This document shows positions 23,221 through 36,845 of a DNA stretch of 64,000 nucleotides, piece by piece (position 1 is the first letter of the stretch; every line of letters starts with the position of its first letter). The notes beneath the pieces were generated by a model that ran no database searches, was not told where the DNA came from, and saw nothing but the letters and a program-made list of their open reading frames with translations. The translations under genes were made by a program, and so were the position numbers. The stretch comes from Macrostomum hystrix (taxonomy: Eukaryota > Animalia > Platyhelminthes), in NCBI GenBank assembly GCA_950097015.1, contig CATNEN010000010.1, positions 186,001 through 250,000 of the forward strand, given 5' to 3'.

Positions 23221-24397
23221 AATGTATTGCAAGGATTAGAAAGATAATTAAGAATATATAGATGACGGGGGTATTTCAAATACCCAAATTTAATTTTTTC
23301 TGTCTCTCCCAAAATATTTACCATGAAAATCTATAACATGGCCTAAAATTTCCCGCGCTGTCCGATGAAACAACTTCCAGAATCACAAAACATCGGCATC
23401 GTCGAGATAGTCAACGATTCTTGTCGGTGTGTCGTGAGGCAAAAACCACCAGTATAAGGATATATTTTCTGCTAACAAAAACTCATAATGTAATAATTTC
23501 GGCTATCATTGTTGACTATTTGCATTAATATGGATTCGCCAGGGAATTTTATACAGACCAATGCTACTTGTTCTTGTTACCAGGGTCTTCGACCAAAATC
23601 GCTGAATATATCAACGATGCTGACTCGGACAGCCTTCAAACAGAGTTCAAATTTAGAATTTTTAACCCATATGGTGCACTTTCACTTTAATCGGTCATTC
23701 GGTTTGGGAGCTGTCGTGAAGTGGGCAGCGGGTATTTGATGAAATAGCGTGGACTCTACTGTTAAGGGACTGGGAAGCAGTGGAAGGACAGGCAAGGATA
23801 TGTATAAGCTATTGATACGGTGGAGAAGTGAGGGCTCAATGATCAATGTTTCAGCGCCTGTCGGTGCTGCTCAGAAACGAATGACAGCTGGCAGAGCAGT
23901 GAATCAGACAGACAGCTCAATAAAACCGTGCCAGAAACTTATTGATCCTGGATTTAAAACAAAATCCAGAGGGAAAAACCTCAGCCACAGAAGATCAAAG
24001 CTGGTTTGCAGCAACAAATTATTTATTTATAATTGCAGATATTTACACAAAACTCGATGCAAAGCAAGCATCCGTTTCCATGACAACAAAGCGTGCAGAC
24101 CTCGGAGTCAAGCAACAGACAATATAAAAAATGTATTAATAGTGTGGCATAAAACAGCTAACAACACTACATTAAAAAGTGATTAATTTACTAAAAGTTT
24201 TAATTACAAAACAAGACAAATGCACAAAATACAATAAATAGCTGACTCAATGGACCAAAGCGAATGTTACCAAAATTCAGACAAGGGTTCGAAAAACCGG
24301 TTCAAAGCACATAAAAATGTTTTATAAAAGCAGACACCGTGTTATCATAATTCTAATGAGATTGGTCGAGAAAAAAGCAGCTAGCCGAACAGAACCA

Positions 24398-25066
24398 AGG
24401 GGTTAGTGAGTCACGAGAATGACCTGACTAACTGGATGACCCGGGAACAAGGGGTTAGTGAGTCACGAGAATGACCTGACTAACTGGATGACCCGGGAAC
24501 AAGGGGTTAGTGAGTCACGAGCATGACCTGACTAACTGGATGACCCGGGAACAAGGGGTTAGTGAGTCACGAGAATGACCTGACTAACTGGATGACCCGG
24601 GAACAAGGGGTTAGTGAGTCACGAGCATGACCTGACTAACTGGATGACCCGGGAACAAGGGGTTAGTGAGTCACGAGCATGACCTGACTAACTGGATGAC
24701 CCGGGAACAAGGGGTTAGTGAGTCACGAGAATGACCTGACTAACTGGATGACCCGGGAACAAGGGGTTAGTGAGTCACGAGCATGACCTGACTAACTGGA
24801 TGACCCGGGAACAAGGGATTAGTGAGTAACGAGCATGACCTGACTAACTGGATGACCCGGGAACAAGGGGTTAGTGAGTCACGAGCATGACCTGACTAAC
24901 TGGATGACCCGGGAACAAGGGATTAGTGAGTCACGAGCATGACCTGACTAACTGGATGACCCGGGAACAAGGGGTTAGTGAGTCACGAGCATGACCTGAC
25001 TAACTGGATGACCCGGGAACAAGGGATTAGTGAGTCACGAGCATGACCCGACTAAATGGATGACCC
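24398..25066. repeat. 52-bp minisatellite, about 13 copies
   Basis: AGGGGTTAGTGAGTCACGAG(A/C)ATGACCTGACTAACTGGATGACCCGGGAACA repeated head to tail with no unique spacers. Confidence 0.97.
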
Positions 25067-25779
25067 TAGAGTAAAAATAACAAAGTATAGTCCAGTTTAA
25101 GGACCTCCTGACTAGCGTTGACCCAAACTAAAAAAGAGACATAACCTATTGATTTGTCTAGAACAGGATCCTGAAGTCAAGGAAGGGTATTTCTAGGTGA
25201 AAATGTCACTGGAACCCAAGCTTCCGCTGTAGCAAGCAAGCTGGAAAAGCAGCTAAAGGCAATATGACTAAAAGCAGAGGAAAATTGCTAATAAGGTGAC
25301 TAGACGTTGTATTGGAAAATTGAAAAATTGATATCTAAGAATGTGAGTTACAGATGCGCATGGGTAACAAAAACAGTGCTAAAATGGTGTTCATTGCAAC
25401 ACGGCCGCGACTGCAGATATGACTATAAAAACTAGGCTAGCAACGAAGAAATAAAGCTGTGGACATAGGCAGCAAATCTCTTATCCGCTGCGCGAGCTAT
25501 TGCAACTTAGCTCAAACCTGAGTACGCAAGCAAAGGGCTACGCCCAACTTCATAAGAGATAGGTCAATAGGCAGAATTGCAGGCCTCAAGAACTCAGGAA
25601 TCCAGTGAGTGTTTCAGTAACTCTCAGTCAATTGCTCATTAATATTTCTATATAAACATGCGTAAGGACACGGAGCATCATGGTGCCACAGCTTTCACTT
25701 TGCATGATGCATGATGTTAGAATCGCAGACTGTAAATTAGAATAAAGTTCCGCCTATCCTACTCAAGCAGTAGAACTGC

Positions 25780-28700
25780 TCACTCAGCAGTCGGATTGCC
25801 CACCAGATCCGAGTCAGTGGACGCATCGGCGCCGAAGTTGGCGGCAGCCTGCAGGCGCAGCAGCATGCTCATCAGCGGGTCCTCGCTGACTGCGGCAGCT
25901 GCCTGCTGCTGCTGCTGCTGCTGTTGCTGCTGCTGTTGTCTGAGAGGAGAGGCCGCCGATAGGGCCGGGTGAGTCTCATAGCCGACGTCCTCAGGCCGCA
26001 GGCGGATGAGGTCGACAGCCGGCGAGAAGTCCCAGGGCCAGGTGGCCATGATCCACTCGGTCGGGTCCTCCCATGGCGCCCGCCTGCCATAGGTTTGAAG
26101 GCCCTCGCGGCAGGCCTCGAGCAGGTAGGGCACCAGGCTGTAGTTCCACAGGTCGGCGAACCACAGCTGGGACTGCTCGGTACCAACGGGGCAGGACAGG
26201 AACTGGCGGGGTCCGATAGTTACCTCCGAGCTGCTGTGGGTTTCCAGGAACTTATTGAGGTGCTGCCAGACGCTGGGAATCCAGTCCACAATGCGCGCCG
26301 CCTCGGGTTTGTGCGCGCGCTCCGTGACCTCAGCGTTGAGCAGCTTCCGGCGCAGGTAGCGGCCCAGGAAGCCTTTGACCGGCTCCATGTGGTTGGCGCA
26401 CAGCACCCAGCGGAAGTTGCAGGTGTTGTGCAGCTGCAGCTTGGCCGCGTGCAGACGGTCTGATGAGCAGCCGGCCTGGTTCATAGTGCCGATGATGTAG
26501 GGGCTCTTGGAGCTCAGGTATGAGTTCAGCACCTCGGACAGGGGGTTCACGTGGTGCAGGTTGTCCAGGATGATCACTAGGGGAGCCCCATTGCCGCCCT
26601 TGTCATCGGCGATTCCGTTTAAGTAGGATCTCAGCTCCTTCTCACTTTTGTGATCCACAACGAACATGGCGACTGCGCTGCTGGAGGCGCCCTCGCGTCT
26701 GACGATGTAGCTGGCCAGCTTCTGCGCCAGGTAGGTCTTGCCTGGATTGCAATGGGGCGTCAGTGTGTGAGACTGCTAAATGAGCTGGCAGGTAGGTGGT
26801 GACTGCAGATTGGATATGAGGGACTGCTCAATGAGCTGGCAGGTAGGTGGTGACTGCAGATGGGATATGAGGGACTGCTCAATGAGCTGGCGGGTAGGTG
26901 GTGACTGCAGATGGGATATGAGGGACTGCTCAATGAGCTGGCAGGTAGGTGGTGACTGCAGATTGGATATGAGGGACTGCTCAATGAGCTGGCAGGTAGG
27001 TGGTGACTGCAGATGGGATATGAGGGACTGCTCAATGAGCTGGCAGGTAGGTGGTGACTGCAGATTGGATATGAGGGACTGCTCAATGAGCTGGCAGGTA
27101 GGTGGTGACTGCAGATGGGATATGAGGGACTGCTCAATGAGCTGGCAGGTAGGTGGTGACTGCAGATGGGATATGAGGGATTGCTCAATGAGCTGGCGGG
27201 TAGGTGGTGACTGCAGATGGGATATGAGGGATTGCTCAATGAGCTGGCAGGTAGGTGGTGACTGCAGATGGGATATGAGGGACTGCTCAATGAGCTGGCA
27301 GGTAGGTGGTGACTGCAGATTGGATATGAGGGACTGCTCAATGAGCTGGCAGGTAGGTGGTGACTGCAGATGGGATATGAGGGACTGCTCAATGAGCTGG
27401 CAGGTAGGTGGTGACTGCAGATGGGATATGAGGGACTGCTCAATGAGCTGGCAGGTAGGTGGTGACTGCAGATTGGATATGAGGGACTGCTCAATGAGCT
27501 GGCAGGTAGGTGGTGACTGCAGATGGGATATGAGGGATTGCTCAATGAGCTGGCAGGTAGGTGGTGACTGCAGATGGGATATGAGGGACTGCTCAATGAG
27601 CTGGCAGGTAGGTGGTGACTGCAGATGGGATATGAGGGACTGCTAAATGAGCTGGCAGGTAGGAGCAACGTGTTATCGCATTTACCAGTGCCGCAGGGTC
27701 CGCAGAGGATAATCTTCCTGTGCTCCAGGAGCAGGCTGATATAGCGCTGCAGAATGGCTTTGGGAATGAGCGTGTCAAACGCCAGGGAGTCGATGTGGCC
27801 GCCAGTGGCGCAGGAGCGCAGCAGAAGCTGCAGGCCGGCCGGCTCGTCCGCGCACTCGTGCGGACGCAGCTCGGGCTCCGGCTGGTCGTGGCAGCGCGTG
27901 ACCTGTCCCAGCCGGTAGCTGGCAATGGAGTCACCGTTAAGGCCGAGGCTGGCCATGGGGTCAATGCGCATGACGTACTCCTTGAACAGGCGCTTTGCGT
28001 ACGCGTCCATTGTCTCCCACTTGGTGCGGCTGCCCACCGGCAGACAGCCAATGGGGATGGCCGGGCCGGACTCATCATCGGCAGAGCAGACTGTGACAGT
28101 CACTCGCCGGCTGTCTTCGGAGCCGCTGTAGCCGAAGATCAGGTCGAACCCGCCGGCTGCTGAGTAGGCGGAGCCGATGCTGGCGGTACCAGAGTCCAGG
28201 CTCAGCCGCTTGCTCAAGCTCACCTGCTGCTGCTGCTGCTGTTGTTGCTGTGGGTGGTGCTGCTGCTGCTGCTGCTGCTCCTGAGAGGCAGGGAAAACCG
28301 ACTGCAGCCTGGTGTTGTCAGCCTTGAGAGCAGAGATCTCGGCCTTCATGCGACCCATGAGGCTCTGCAGCTGCTCCAGCTGATGCGACGAGTTGATGGC
28401 CTCGGTCTGCAGGTCACTGAGCTTCAGCTCCTTCTCTACCAGCTGGCGCCGCAGCAGACTCACACAGCCAGGGCCGGGCAGCGGCTCGGACGGCTGGTCA
28501 TCGAAATCGGAGATGGAGCCGCGGTTCGAAGCGGGATTGCCAGTTGAACTGGCCGAAGATTTGCTCTTCCGCGCCGCAGCGGCCGAGGACTTCAAAGCCT
28601 TGCCGAAGGACTCGCGGAGCCAGTGCCGCTTGCCGGGTTTGGCCGATGCCGCCGTCTCTGGAGAAGCGGGACTCGCCGAGGCCTCCTGCTGCACCGCAGC

Positions 28701-31562
28701 TGCCGCGGCGGCCAGGCTCTGCCGACGAAGTTCTTCGACAGTCGCCCTGAGCTGGTGCAACTCGGAGTCCTTCTTCTCGGCGGTGGAGGCCAGGTGCTGC
28801 AGCTTGGCTGTCATGCCGCTCAGCGACTGCTCGAAGGCCGACACGACATGCGTGTTGGTGCTCAGCTGGCTGGTGAGTGTGCTCACCCGCTCGTGCGCCT
28901 GCTCCAGCTCCCTCCGTAGCTTCTGAATCTCATAGAGCTGCCTTTCCTCATTGGCAGACATTGAAGACAGATTTGAGTGGTTAGAGTACAGCGAGAGAGT
29001 CGAACCCCTGGCCTCCTTGCCTTCGGAGCCAGCGACTGCAGCCGCTGTGCCAGGAGGCAGCTGCGGTGGCGGCGCCTGCTGCAGAAAACATCCTGTTGAA
29101 TTGCTGGACTTTACCGGCGAGTACGGCAGCCGGATGTTGGACAGGCTGGAGGCTGGGCTGACGTCGCGCACAGGCGAGGCCAGCTGCTTGCTGGCGCTAA
29201 GTGACCTGGCGTGCCGGGCACCGGACTTGCCGAGAATGTCCGAGTCCAGCAGGTCGCTGGGCGGCGCGGCCGGAGCCTGACCTGCAGCCAGCCGAATGCC
29301 GCCAGACTGCTCAGCCGGGTAGAAGCGGGACAGCAGAACGCGCTGCGCAGCTCCAGCCGCTGTGTCGCAGGTGCCGATCATCTCGGTGTCGGAGAAGTAG
29401 CAGCTTGCATCCCCGCCGAGGCCGTCAAAGCCGGCGTCCATGCGACGGAGGTTCAGCGAGCCGTAATCGTCGGCGGCCTCTACATCAGACAGAGCACCGT
29501 AGCCGCGCAGAGTCAGTGAGTATTTGTCGCTGCTGCGGTTAAGTAGAGTTCGACCGATGGGCATGGCTTGAAAACTGCTTGCGAATCCCTGCTGCTGCTG
29601 CTGCTTCTGGCGCAGCTGCTGTCGAATCGAGGCTGCGGTGAGGGCGACGCTCGGAGCAGCGGAGGCGCCGGTCTTCAGCAAACTCTCGTCATTCTCCAGC
29701 TCCGCGACAGCGTCGGATATCTCCCCGGAGCTGACTGAGTTCGAGTCCTCGCCATCATCACCAGGCCCGCCAACGGCATCGGGGTCGAAGGCGCCGCCGC
29801 TGCGAGCGGAGGGCCCCGCAGCTTTGAAGTTGTACTCCTGCAAGGCCTGCATGCCCTCCCGGAATCGCTGCTGCATCCGCCTGGCGCAGGAGCCGATGCC
29901 GCTCTCGCTCATGTAGCCGTCACTGGCGTAGCCGCTGCCCCCCCGTTGGCTCGGGTCCGCGTCCGAAGCGTAGCCAGAGTACACATCGGCGCCCTGCTGA
30001 CCGAAGCTTCGACCTGCGCCGTTGGAGTTCACAAGCTTCAGGTAGCTGTAGGGACTGCTGCTAGCGCCTGAAGCAGACTGCGACGGTGGTCGCGAGCTCG
30101 AATTCGTCAGCCTGGCTGGCGAGCCGCCAAAATGCTGCTGCTGCTGCTGCTGCTGCTGCTGGGACAGCTGGGCCCGCTCTATTCGTTCGCGAAGTCGCTC
30201 AGAGAGCTGCATGCCACCCACTTCCAGCTTTCGCATCGCCGGCGAGGCCAAAGTCGAGCCGCCGACTCCCTCCGACTTCGCGCGAGCGTCGCGTCCCGAG
30301 GGAGCAGCGGAGGCGGCAGCCGCTCTGTTCAACTGCGCTGGCTGCTTCCCTCCAGACTCCGCCCCTGTCGCCGACCCGACAGCCGCTTGCGACTGCTTCG
30401 CTTCAAGCCTCATGTTCCCCATGAGGCAAGACACGGCGCCGCTTGCCGCCACTACCTGCGACTGCTTGGCACTGCTGGAAGAAACGGACAGCGAATTTGG
30501 CGGAGGCGCGCCCTGCATGGTCGTAGCGTTGGCCATGGACATGGTGGCCGGCTTCAGCCCAGCCGGCGCAGCGGTGGCAGCGGAATGCTTCGCTGGCGCG
30601 ACCGGGGACCTCGCCGTAGTGCCGACTGCGGCTGTTGATGTGGAGACGCTGACAGACTGTGACGGCCTCTGCAGCTGAGATATGGGCTTGGCAGCACTGC
30701 CGGTTTTGAAGAGCTCCCTGGCTCGGTGCCGGTCGTGCCTGCTGGACTGCGTAGCAACCGACGCCCGCTGTGGCTGCCCGGCGCCATCGGCAACGGCAGC
30801 GGCTGGCGGCATCGGCGGTCCGGTTGGCAGAGGAATAGACGAGTACTTTAGAGACTCTCCAGTCTGGTTGCCGCTGGCTATCGACCTGGCGTTGCCCGAA
30901 GACGACGAGGCTCGAGAGCTGCGGCTGGACTTGTGCTGCCTACTGGCTTGTTGCTGCTGCTGTTGAAGCAAAGGTGGCGGTGGCTGCGGTGGAAGCTGCT
31001 GTTGCTGCTGGCTACTTTGGGGCTGCGGAGGATACGAAGGAACGCCAGTGGAACGACTGCCCTGCGGGTTCGCGGGAATATGAGGCGTGGGTTTAGCTAG
31101 CTGCCGACTACTGCCGGACGAAGCTGAAACAGCTCTAGGAGACTGCTGCTGCTGCTGATGCAGCTGCTGTTGGTGCGGCTGCTGTTGGTGCGGCTGCTGT
31201 TGGTGCGGCTGGTATTGCTGAATGTGCTGCGCATGTTGAACCGTTGGTATATGAGATGCATAGAGTGAATTGTTAACAGGGCTCTGATAATGCTGCTGGT
31301 GCTGCATACTGTGAGCACCATAAACCGCAACCGCCTGCTGCTGTTGCAGGCCATCGGTGGCATGATATGGCCCAGGCTGAGCAATGTGGTGCCGGCCAGC
31401 TGATCGCGAGTGGTGCTGGGAGCGGGACGCTGAGTGATGCTTCCTGCCGCTGCCAGATGCCAGCGGATCAGGCGGCGCCGGCTCCAGCTGCGCTTCTGGC
31501 TGCTGCGCCTTGGAAGCCTTGTGGCGATCGCGATCGCGGAAGAATCTCAGCTTGTCCAGCAT
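25780..31562 (-). CDS. NAV: Neuron navigator / UNC-53 / sickie family protein; exons 31562-27686 and 26741-25780 (about 1,612 aa from the ATG at 31562)
   Basis: MLDKLRFF resembles the NAV SMLEKLKLF motif; GYASDGYMSE; coiled coils (IQKLRRELEQAHERVSTLTSQL, LLRRQLVEKELKLSDLQTEA); TKWETMDAYAKRLFKEYVMRIDP domain; AAA with Walker A GPCGTG|KT split by the phase-1 intron 27685-26742; ILDNLHH, FRWVLCANHMEPVKGFLGRYLRRK. Confidence 0.93.
26772..27663. repeat. 51-bp intronic minisatellite, about 17 copies, in the NAV intron
   Basis: Unit CTGCTCAATGAGCTGGCAGGTAGGTGGTGACTGCAGATGGGATATGAGGGA; translates to a 17-aa repeat. Confidence 0.97.
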
Positions 31563-31930
31563 TCGCAACTAGCTAGCTGCATGGTGGGGCATCAAGGTGA
31601 GACAGTCAGCAAAGAAAAAAGTTGTGATTCTAGTCATATGATAATAATAAATAGTATTACCAATGATAGCTAGTATAGTAACCTGTGATTCAGAGATTCA
31701 GAAGTCAGAAAACATTGACAACTGAATGACTTTGGATTGCAATCAGGGATATCAACATGATACATATTTTGGCATTCATTAATTAGTTAATTAGGCTAAT
31801 TTTATTTTCCTTGATGTGAATAGCCATAAAAACTATTTAGATTATTTTCAAAGCAGAAGAACTTAATAAATATATCGATAATATTATTACTCTTTTTGAT
31901 AAGCTTCATTGAAGTGTTTTTAGATTAAAT

Positions 31931-34900
31931 ACTAGCAAGTTTTGCTCCCCTTCGGGGAGCAGAAATATTTTTAATTCGTCGTCTTGTATATACTTTTTAG
32001 CAGCTGTATTTTCAGCTTTTTTAAGCTACAATGATCACCCAGTTGACAATGATCCCCCAGTTGATGATGATCACCCAGTTGACAATGATCCCCCAGTTGA
32101 CAATGATCACCCAGTTGACAATGATCCCACAGTTGACAATGATCCCCCAGTTGACAACGATCCCCCAGTTGACCATCATCCCACAGTTGAAAATGGTCCC
32201 CCAGTTGACAATGATACCCCAGTTGACAATGATCCCCCAGTTGACAATTTTCCCTTAGTTGACAACGATCCCCCAGTTGACCATCATCCCCCAGTTGAAA
32301 ATGGTCCCTCAGTTGACAATGTTCCCCCAGTTGACAATGATCCCCCAGTTGACAATGATCCCCAGTTTACAATGATCCCCAGTTGACAATTTTCCCCCCA
32401 GTTGACAATGATCCCCCAGTTGATGATGATCACCCAGTTGACAATGATCCCCCAGTTGATGATGATCACCCAGTTGACAATGATCCCCCAGTTGACAATG
32501 ATACCCCAGTTGACAATGATCACCCAGTTGACAATGATCCCACAGTTGACAATGATCCCCCAGTTGACAACGATCCCCCAGTTGACCATCATCCCACAGT
32601 TGAAAATGGTCCCTCAGTTGACAATATTCCCCCAGTTGACAATGATCCCCCAGTTGACAATGATCCCCAGTTTGCAATGATCCCCAGTTGACAATTTTCC
32701 CCCAGTTGACAATGATCCCCCAGTTGATGATGATCACCCAGTTGACAATGATCCCCCAGTTGATGATGATCACCCAGTTGACAATGATCCCCCAGTTGAC
32801 AATGATACCCCAGTAGACAATGATCCCCCAGTTGACAATTTTCCCCCAGTTGACAATGATCCCCCAGTTGACCATCATCCCCCAGTTGACCATCATCCCC
32901 CAGTTGACAATGATCACCCAGTTGACAATGGTCCCCCAGTTGACAATGATCCCCCAGTTGATGATGATCACCCAGTTGACAATGATCCCCCAGTTGACAA
33001 TGATACCCCAGTAGACAATGATCCCCCAGTTGACAATTTTCCCCCAGTTGACAATGATCCCCCAGTTGACCATCATCCCCCAGTTGACCATCATCCCCCA
33101 GTTTACAATGATCCCCAGTTGACAATTTTCCCCCAGTTTACAATGATCCCCAGTTGACAATTTTCCCCCAGTTGAAAATGGTCCCTCAGTTGACAATGTT
33201 CCCCCAGTTGACAATGATCCCCCAGTTGACAATGATCCCCAGTTTACAATGATCCCCAGTTGACAATTTTCCCCCAGTTGACAATGATCCCCCAGTTGAT
33301 GATGATCACCCAGTTGACAATGATCCCCCAGTTGATGATGATCACCCAGTTGACAATGATCCCCCAGTTGACAATGATACCCCAGTTGACAATGATCACC
33401 CAGTTGACAATGATCCCACAGTTGACAATGATCCCCCAGTTGACAACGATCCCCCAGTTGACCATCATCCCCCAGTTGAAAATGGTCCCTCAGTTGACAA
33501 TATTCCCCCAGTTGACAATGATCCCCCAGTTGACAATGATCCCCAGTTTGCAATGATCCCCAGTTGACAATTTTCCCCCAGTTGACAATGATCCCCCAGT
33601 TGATGATGATCACCCAGTTGACAATGATCCCCCAGTTGATGATGATCACCCAGTTGACAATGATCCCCCAGTTGACAATGATACCCCAGTAGACAATGAT
33701 CCCCCAGTTGACAATTTTCCCCCAGTTGACAATGATCCCCCAGTTGACCATCATCCCCCAGTTGACCATCATCCCCCAGTTGACAATGATCACCCAGTTG
33801 ACAATGGTCCCCCAGTTGACAATGATCTCCCAGTTGACAATGTTCCCCCAGTTGACAATGTTCCCCCAGTTGACAATGATCCCCCAGTTGACCATCATCC
33901 CCCAGTTGACAATGATCCCCCAGTTGACAATGATCACCCAGTTGACAATGGTCCCCCAGTTGACAATGATACCCCAGTTGACAATGATCCCCCAGTTGAC
34001 AATGTTCCCCCAGTTGACAATGATCCCCCAGTTGACCATCATCCCCCAGTTGACAATGATCCCCCAGTTGACAATGATCACCCAGTTGACAATGGTCCCC
34101 CAGTTGACAATGATACCCCAGTTGACAATGATCCCCCAGTTGACAATGTTCCCCCAGTTGACAATGATCCCCCAGTTGACCATCATCCCCCAGTTGACAA
34201 TGATCCCCCAGTTGACAATGATCACCCAGTTGACAATGGTCCCCCAGTTGACAATGTTCCCCCAGTTGACAATGTTCCCCCAGTTGACCATCATCCCCCA
34301 GTTGACAATGATCACCCAGTTGACAATGGTCCCCCAGTTGACAATGATCCCCCAGTTGACAATGATACCCCAGTTGACAATGATCCCCCAGTTGACCATC
34401 ATCCCCCAGTTGACCATCATCCCCCCGTTTACAATGATCCCCCAGTTGACAATTTTCCCCCAGTTGAAAATGGTCCCTCAGTTGACAATGTTCCCCCAGT
34501 TGACAATGATCCCCCAGTTGACAATGATCCCCAGTTTACAATGATCCCCAGTTGACAATTTTCCCCCAGTTGACAATGATCCCCCAGTTGATGATGATCA
34601 CCCAGTTGACAATGATCCCCCAGTTGATGATGATCACCCAGTTGACAATGATCCCCCAGTTGACAATGATACCCCAGTTGACAATGATCACCCAGTTGAC
34701 AATGATCCCACAGTTGACAATGATCCCCCAGTTGACAACGATCCCCCAGTTGACCATCATCCCCCAGTTGAAAATGGTCCCTCAGTTGACAATATTGACC
34801 CAGTTGACAATGATCCCCCAGTTGACAATGATCCCCAGTTTGCAATGATCCCCAGTTGACAATTTTCCCCCAGTTGACAATGATCCCCCAGTTGATGATG

Positions 34901-35804
34901 ATCACCCAGTTGACAATGATCCCCCAGTTGATTATGATCACCCAGTTGACAATGATCCCCCAGTTGACAATGATACCCCAGTAGACAATGATCCCCCAGT
35001 TGACAATTTTCCCCCAGTTGACAATGATCCCCCAGTTGACCATCATCCCCCAGTTGACCATCATCCCCCAGTTGACAATGATCACCCAGTTGACAATGGT
35101 CCCCCAGTTGACAATGATCTCCCAGTTGACAATGTTCCCCCAGTTGACAATGTTCCCCCAGTTGACAATGATCCCCCAGTTGACCATCATCCCCCAGTTG
35201 ACAATGATCCCCCAGTTGACAATGATCACCCAGTTGACAATGGTCCCCCAGTTGACAATGATACCCCAGTTGACAATGATCCCCCAGTTGACAATGTTCC
35301 CCCAGTTGACAATGATCCCCCAGTTGACCATCATCCCCCAGTTGACAATGATCCCCCAGTTGACAATGATCACCCAGTTGACAATGGTCCCCCAGTTGAC
35401 AATGATACCCCAGTTGACAATGATCCCCCAGTTGACAATGTTCCCCCAGTTGACAATGTTCCCCCAGTTGACCATCATCCCCCAGTTGACAATGTTCCCC
35501 CAGTTGACAATGGTCCCCCAGTTGACAATGTTCCCCCAGTTGACAAGATCCCCCATTTGATGATGATGCCCAGTTGACAATGTTGCCCAGTTGAATTTTT
35601 ATATTAGCTTCTTTTGTAGAAAATTGAGAAGAACAACAATTAAATGAATATTAGGCAAAATATTTATCATACAAATATATATCATTATGAAGTTATGAGA
35701 TAACAAACTCAAAATGACGAGAATTCAATTCAATGACAAAAGAAAATTTTTTTCTTTTGTCAAAAAAAAGAAAAGAATAGCAAGATTTTCATTTTTAGTA
35801 TATT
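31931..35804 (+). mobile_element. Putative non-autonomous Helitron/Helentron-like unit 1 carrying an 18-bp satellite
   Basis: Starts ACTAG followed by hairpin TGCTCCCC-TTC-GGGGAGCA; ~100-bp leader homologous to 35807-35908; ends with 26 nt identical to 39146-39171. Confidence 0.55.
32027..35590. repeat. ~18-bp satellite (CCCCAGTTGACAATGATC) with higher-order duplications
   Basis: Direct period; the same variant cassettes recur (ORF starts at 32592, 33468 and 34760 share the same peptide). Confidence 0.97.
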
Positions 35805-35897
35805 TGACTAGCAAGTTTTGCCCCCCTTCGGGGAGCAGAAATAGTTTGATTTCGTCCAGTATACACTTTTTAGCAGCTGCATTTTCAGCCTTTTTAC

Positions 35898-36845
35898 GCT
35901 ACAATGATCAGTTGACAATGATCCCCCAGTTGATAAAGATCCCCCAGTTGACAATAATCCCCCAGTTGACAATGATCCCCCAGTTGACAATGATCCCCCC
36001 GTTGACAATAATCCCCCAATTGATGATGATCACGCAGTTGATTATGATCCCCCAGTTGACAATAATCCCTCAATTGATGATGATCACGCAGTTGACAATG
36101 ATCCCCCAGTTAATGATGACTCCCCATTGATGATGATCCCCAGTTGACAATGTTCCCACAGCTGACAATGATCCCCGAGTTGACAATAATCCCCCAATTG
36201 ATGATGATCACGCAGTTGACAATGATCCCCCAGTTAATGATGACTCCCCATTGATGATAATCTCCAGTTGACAACGTTCCCCCAGTTGACAATGTTCCCA
36301 CAGTTGACAATGATCCCCCAGTTGATGATGATCAACAAGTTGACAATGATCCCCCCAGTTCACAATGATCCTCCGGGTGATGATAAACCCCCAGTTGACA
36401 ATGATCCCCAGTTGACAATGATCCCCCAGTTGACATTGACAATGATCTCCCAGTTGACAATGATCCCCCAGTTGACAATTATCCCCCAGTTAACCATGAT
36501 CCCGCATTTGATGATGACTCCCCAGTTGACAATTATCCCCCAGTTGACAACTATCCCCCCGTTGACAATGATCCTCCAGTTGACAATTATCTCTCAGTTG
36601 ACTATGATCCCCCATTGATGGTGATCCCAGTTGACAATGTTCCCGCAGTTGAACATGATCCCCTAGTTGACAATGATCCCCTAGTTGATTATGATCCCGC
36701 ATTTGGTGATGTTTCCCCGTGACAATTATCCCCCAGTTGACAATTATCCCCCAGTTGCCAATGATCCTCCAGTTGACAATGATCCCCCAGTTGACAATTA
36801 TCCCCCAGTTTACCATGATCCCCCAGTTGACGATTATCCACCAGT
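35898..36845. repeat. Second, more diverged array of the 18-bp satellite
   Basis: Same CCCCAGTTGACAATGATC consensus with more substitutions. Confidence 0.93.

Noticed and set aside
21090-23324. 744-aa and 658-aa ORFs
   Set aside because: They are translations of a 20-bp satellite with no domain content.
24398-27663. 52-bp and 51-bp arrays as CRISPR arrays
   Set aside because: Units are head to tail with no unique spacers, there are no cas genes, and the context is eukaryotic and intronic.
26760-27685. Ser/Pro repeat as the true NAV C-terminus (1602-aa ORF)
   Set aside because: A GT-AG intron restores Walker A GKT and joins the AAA exon 26741-25780.
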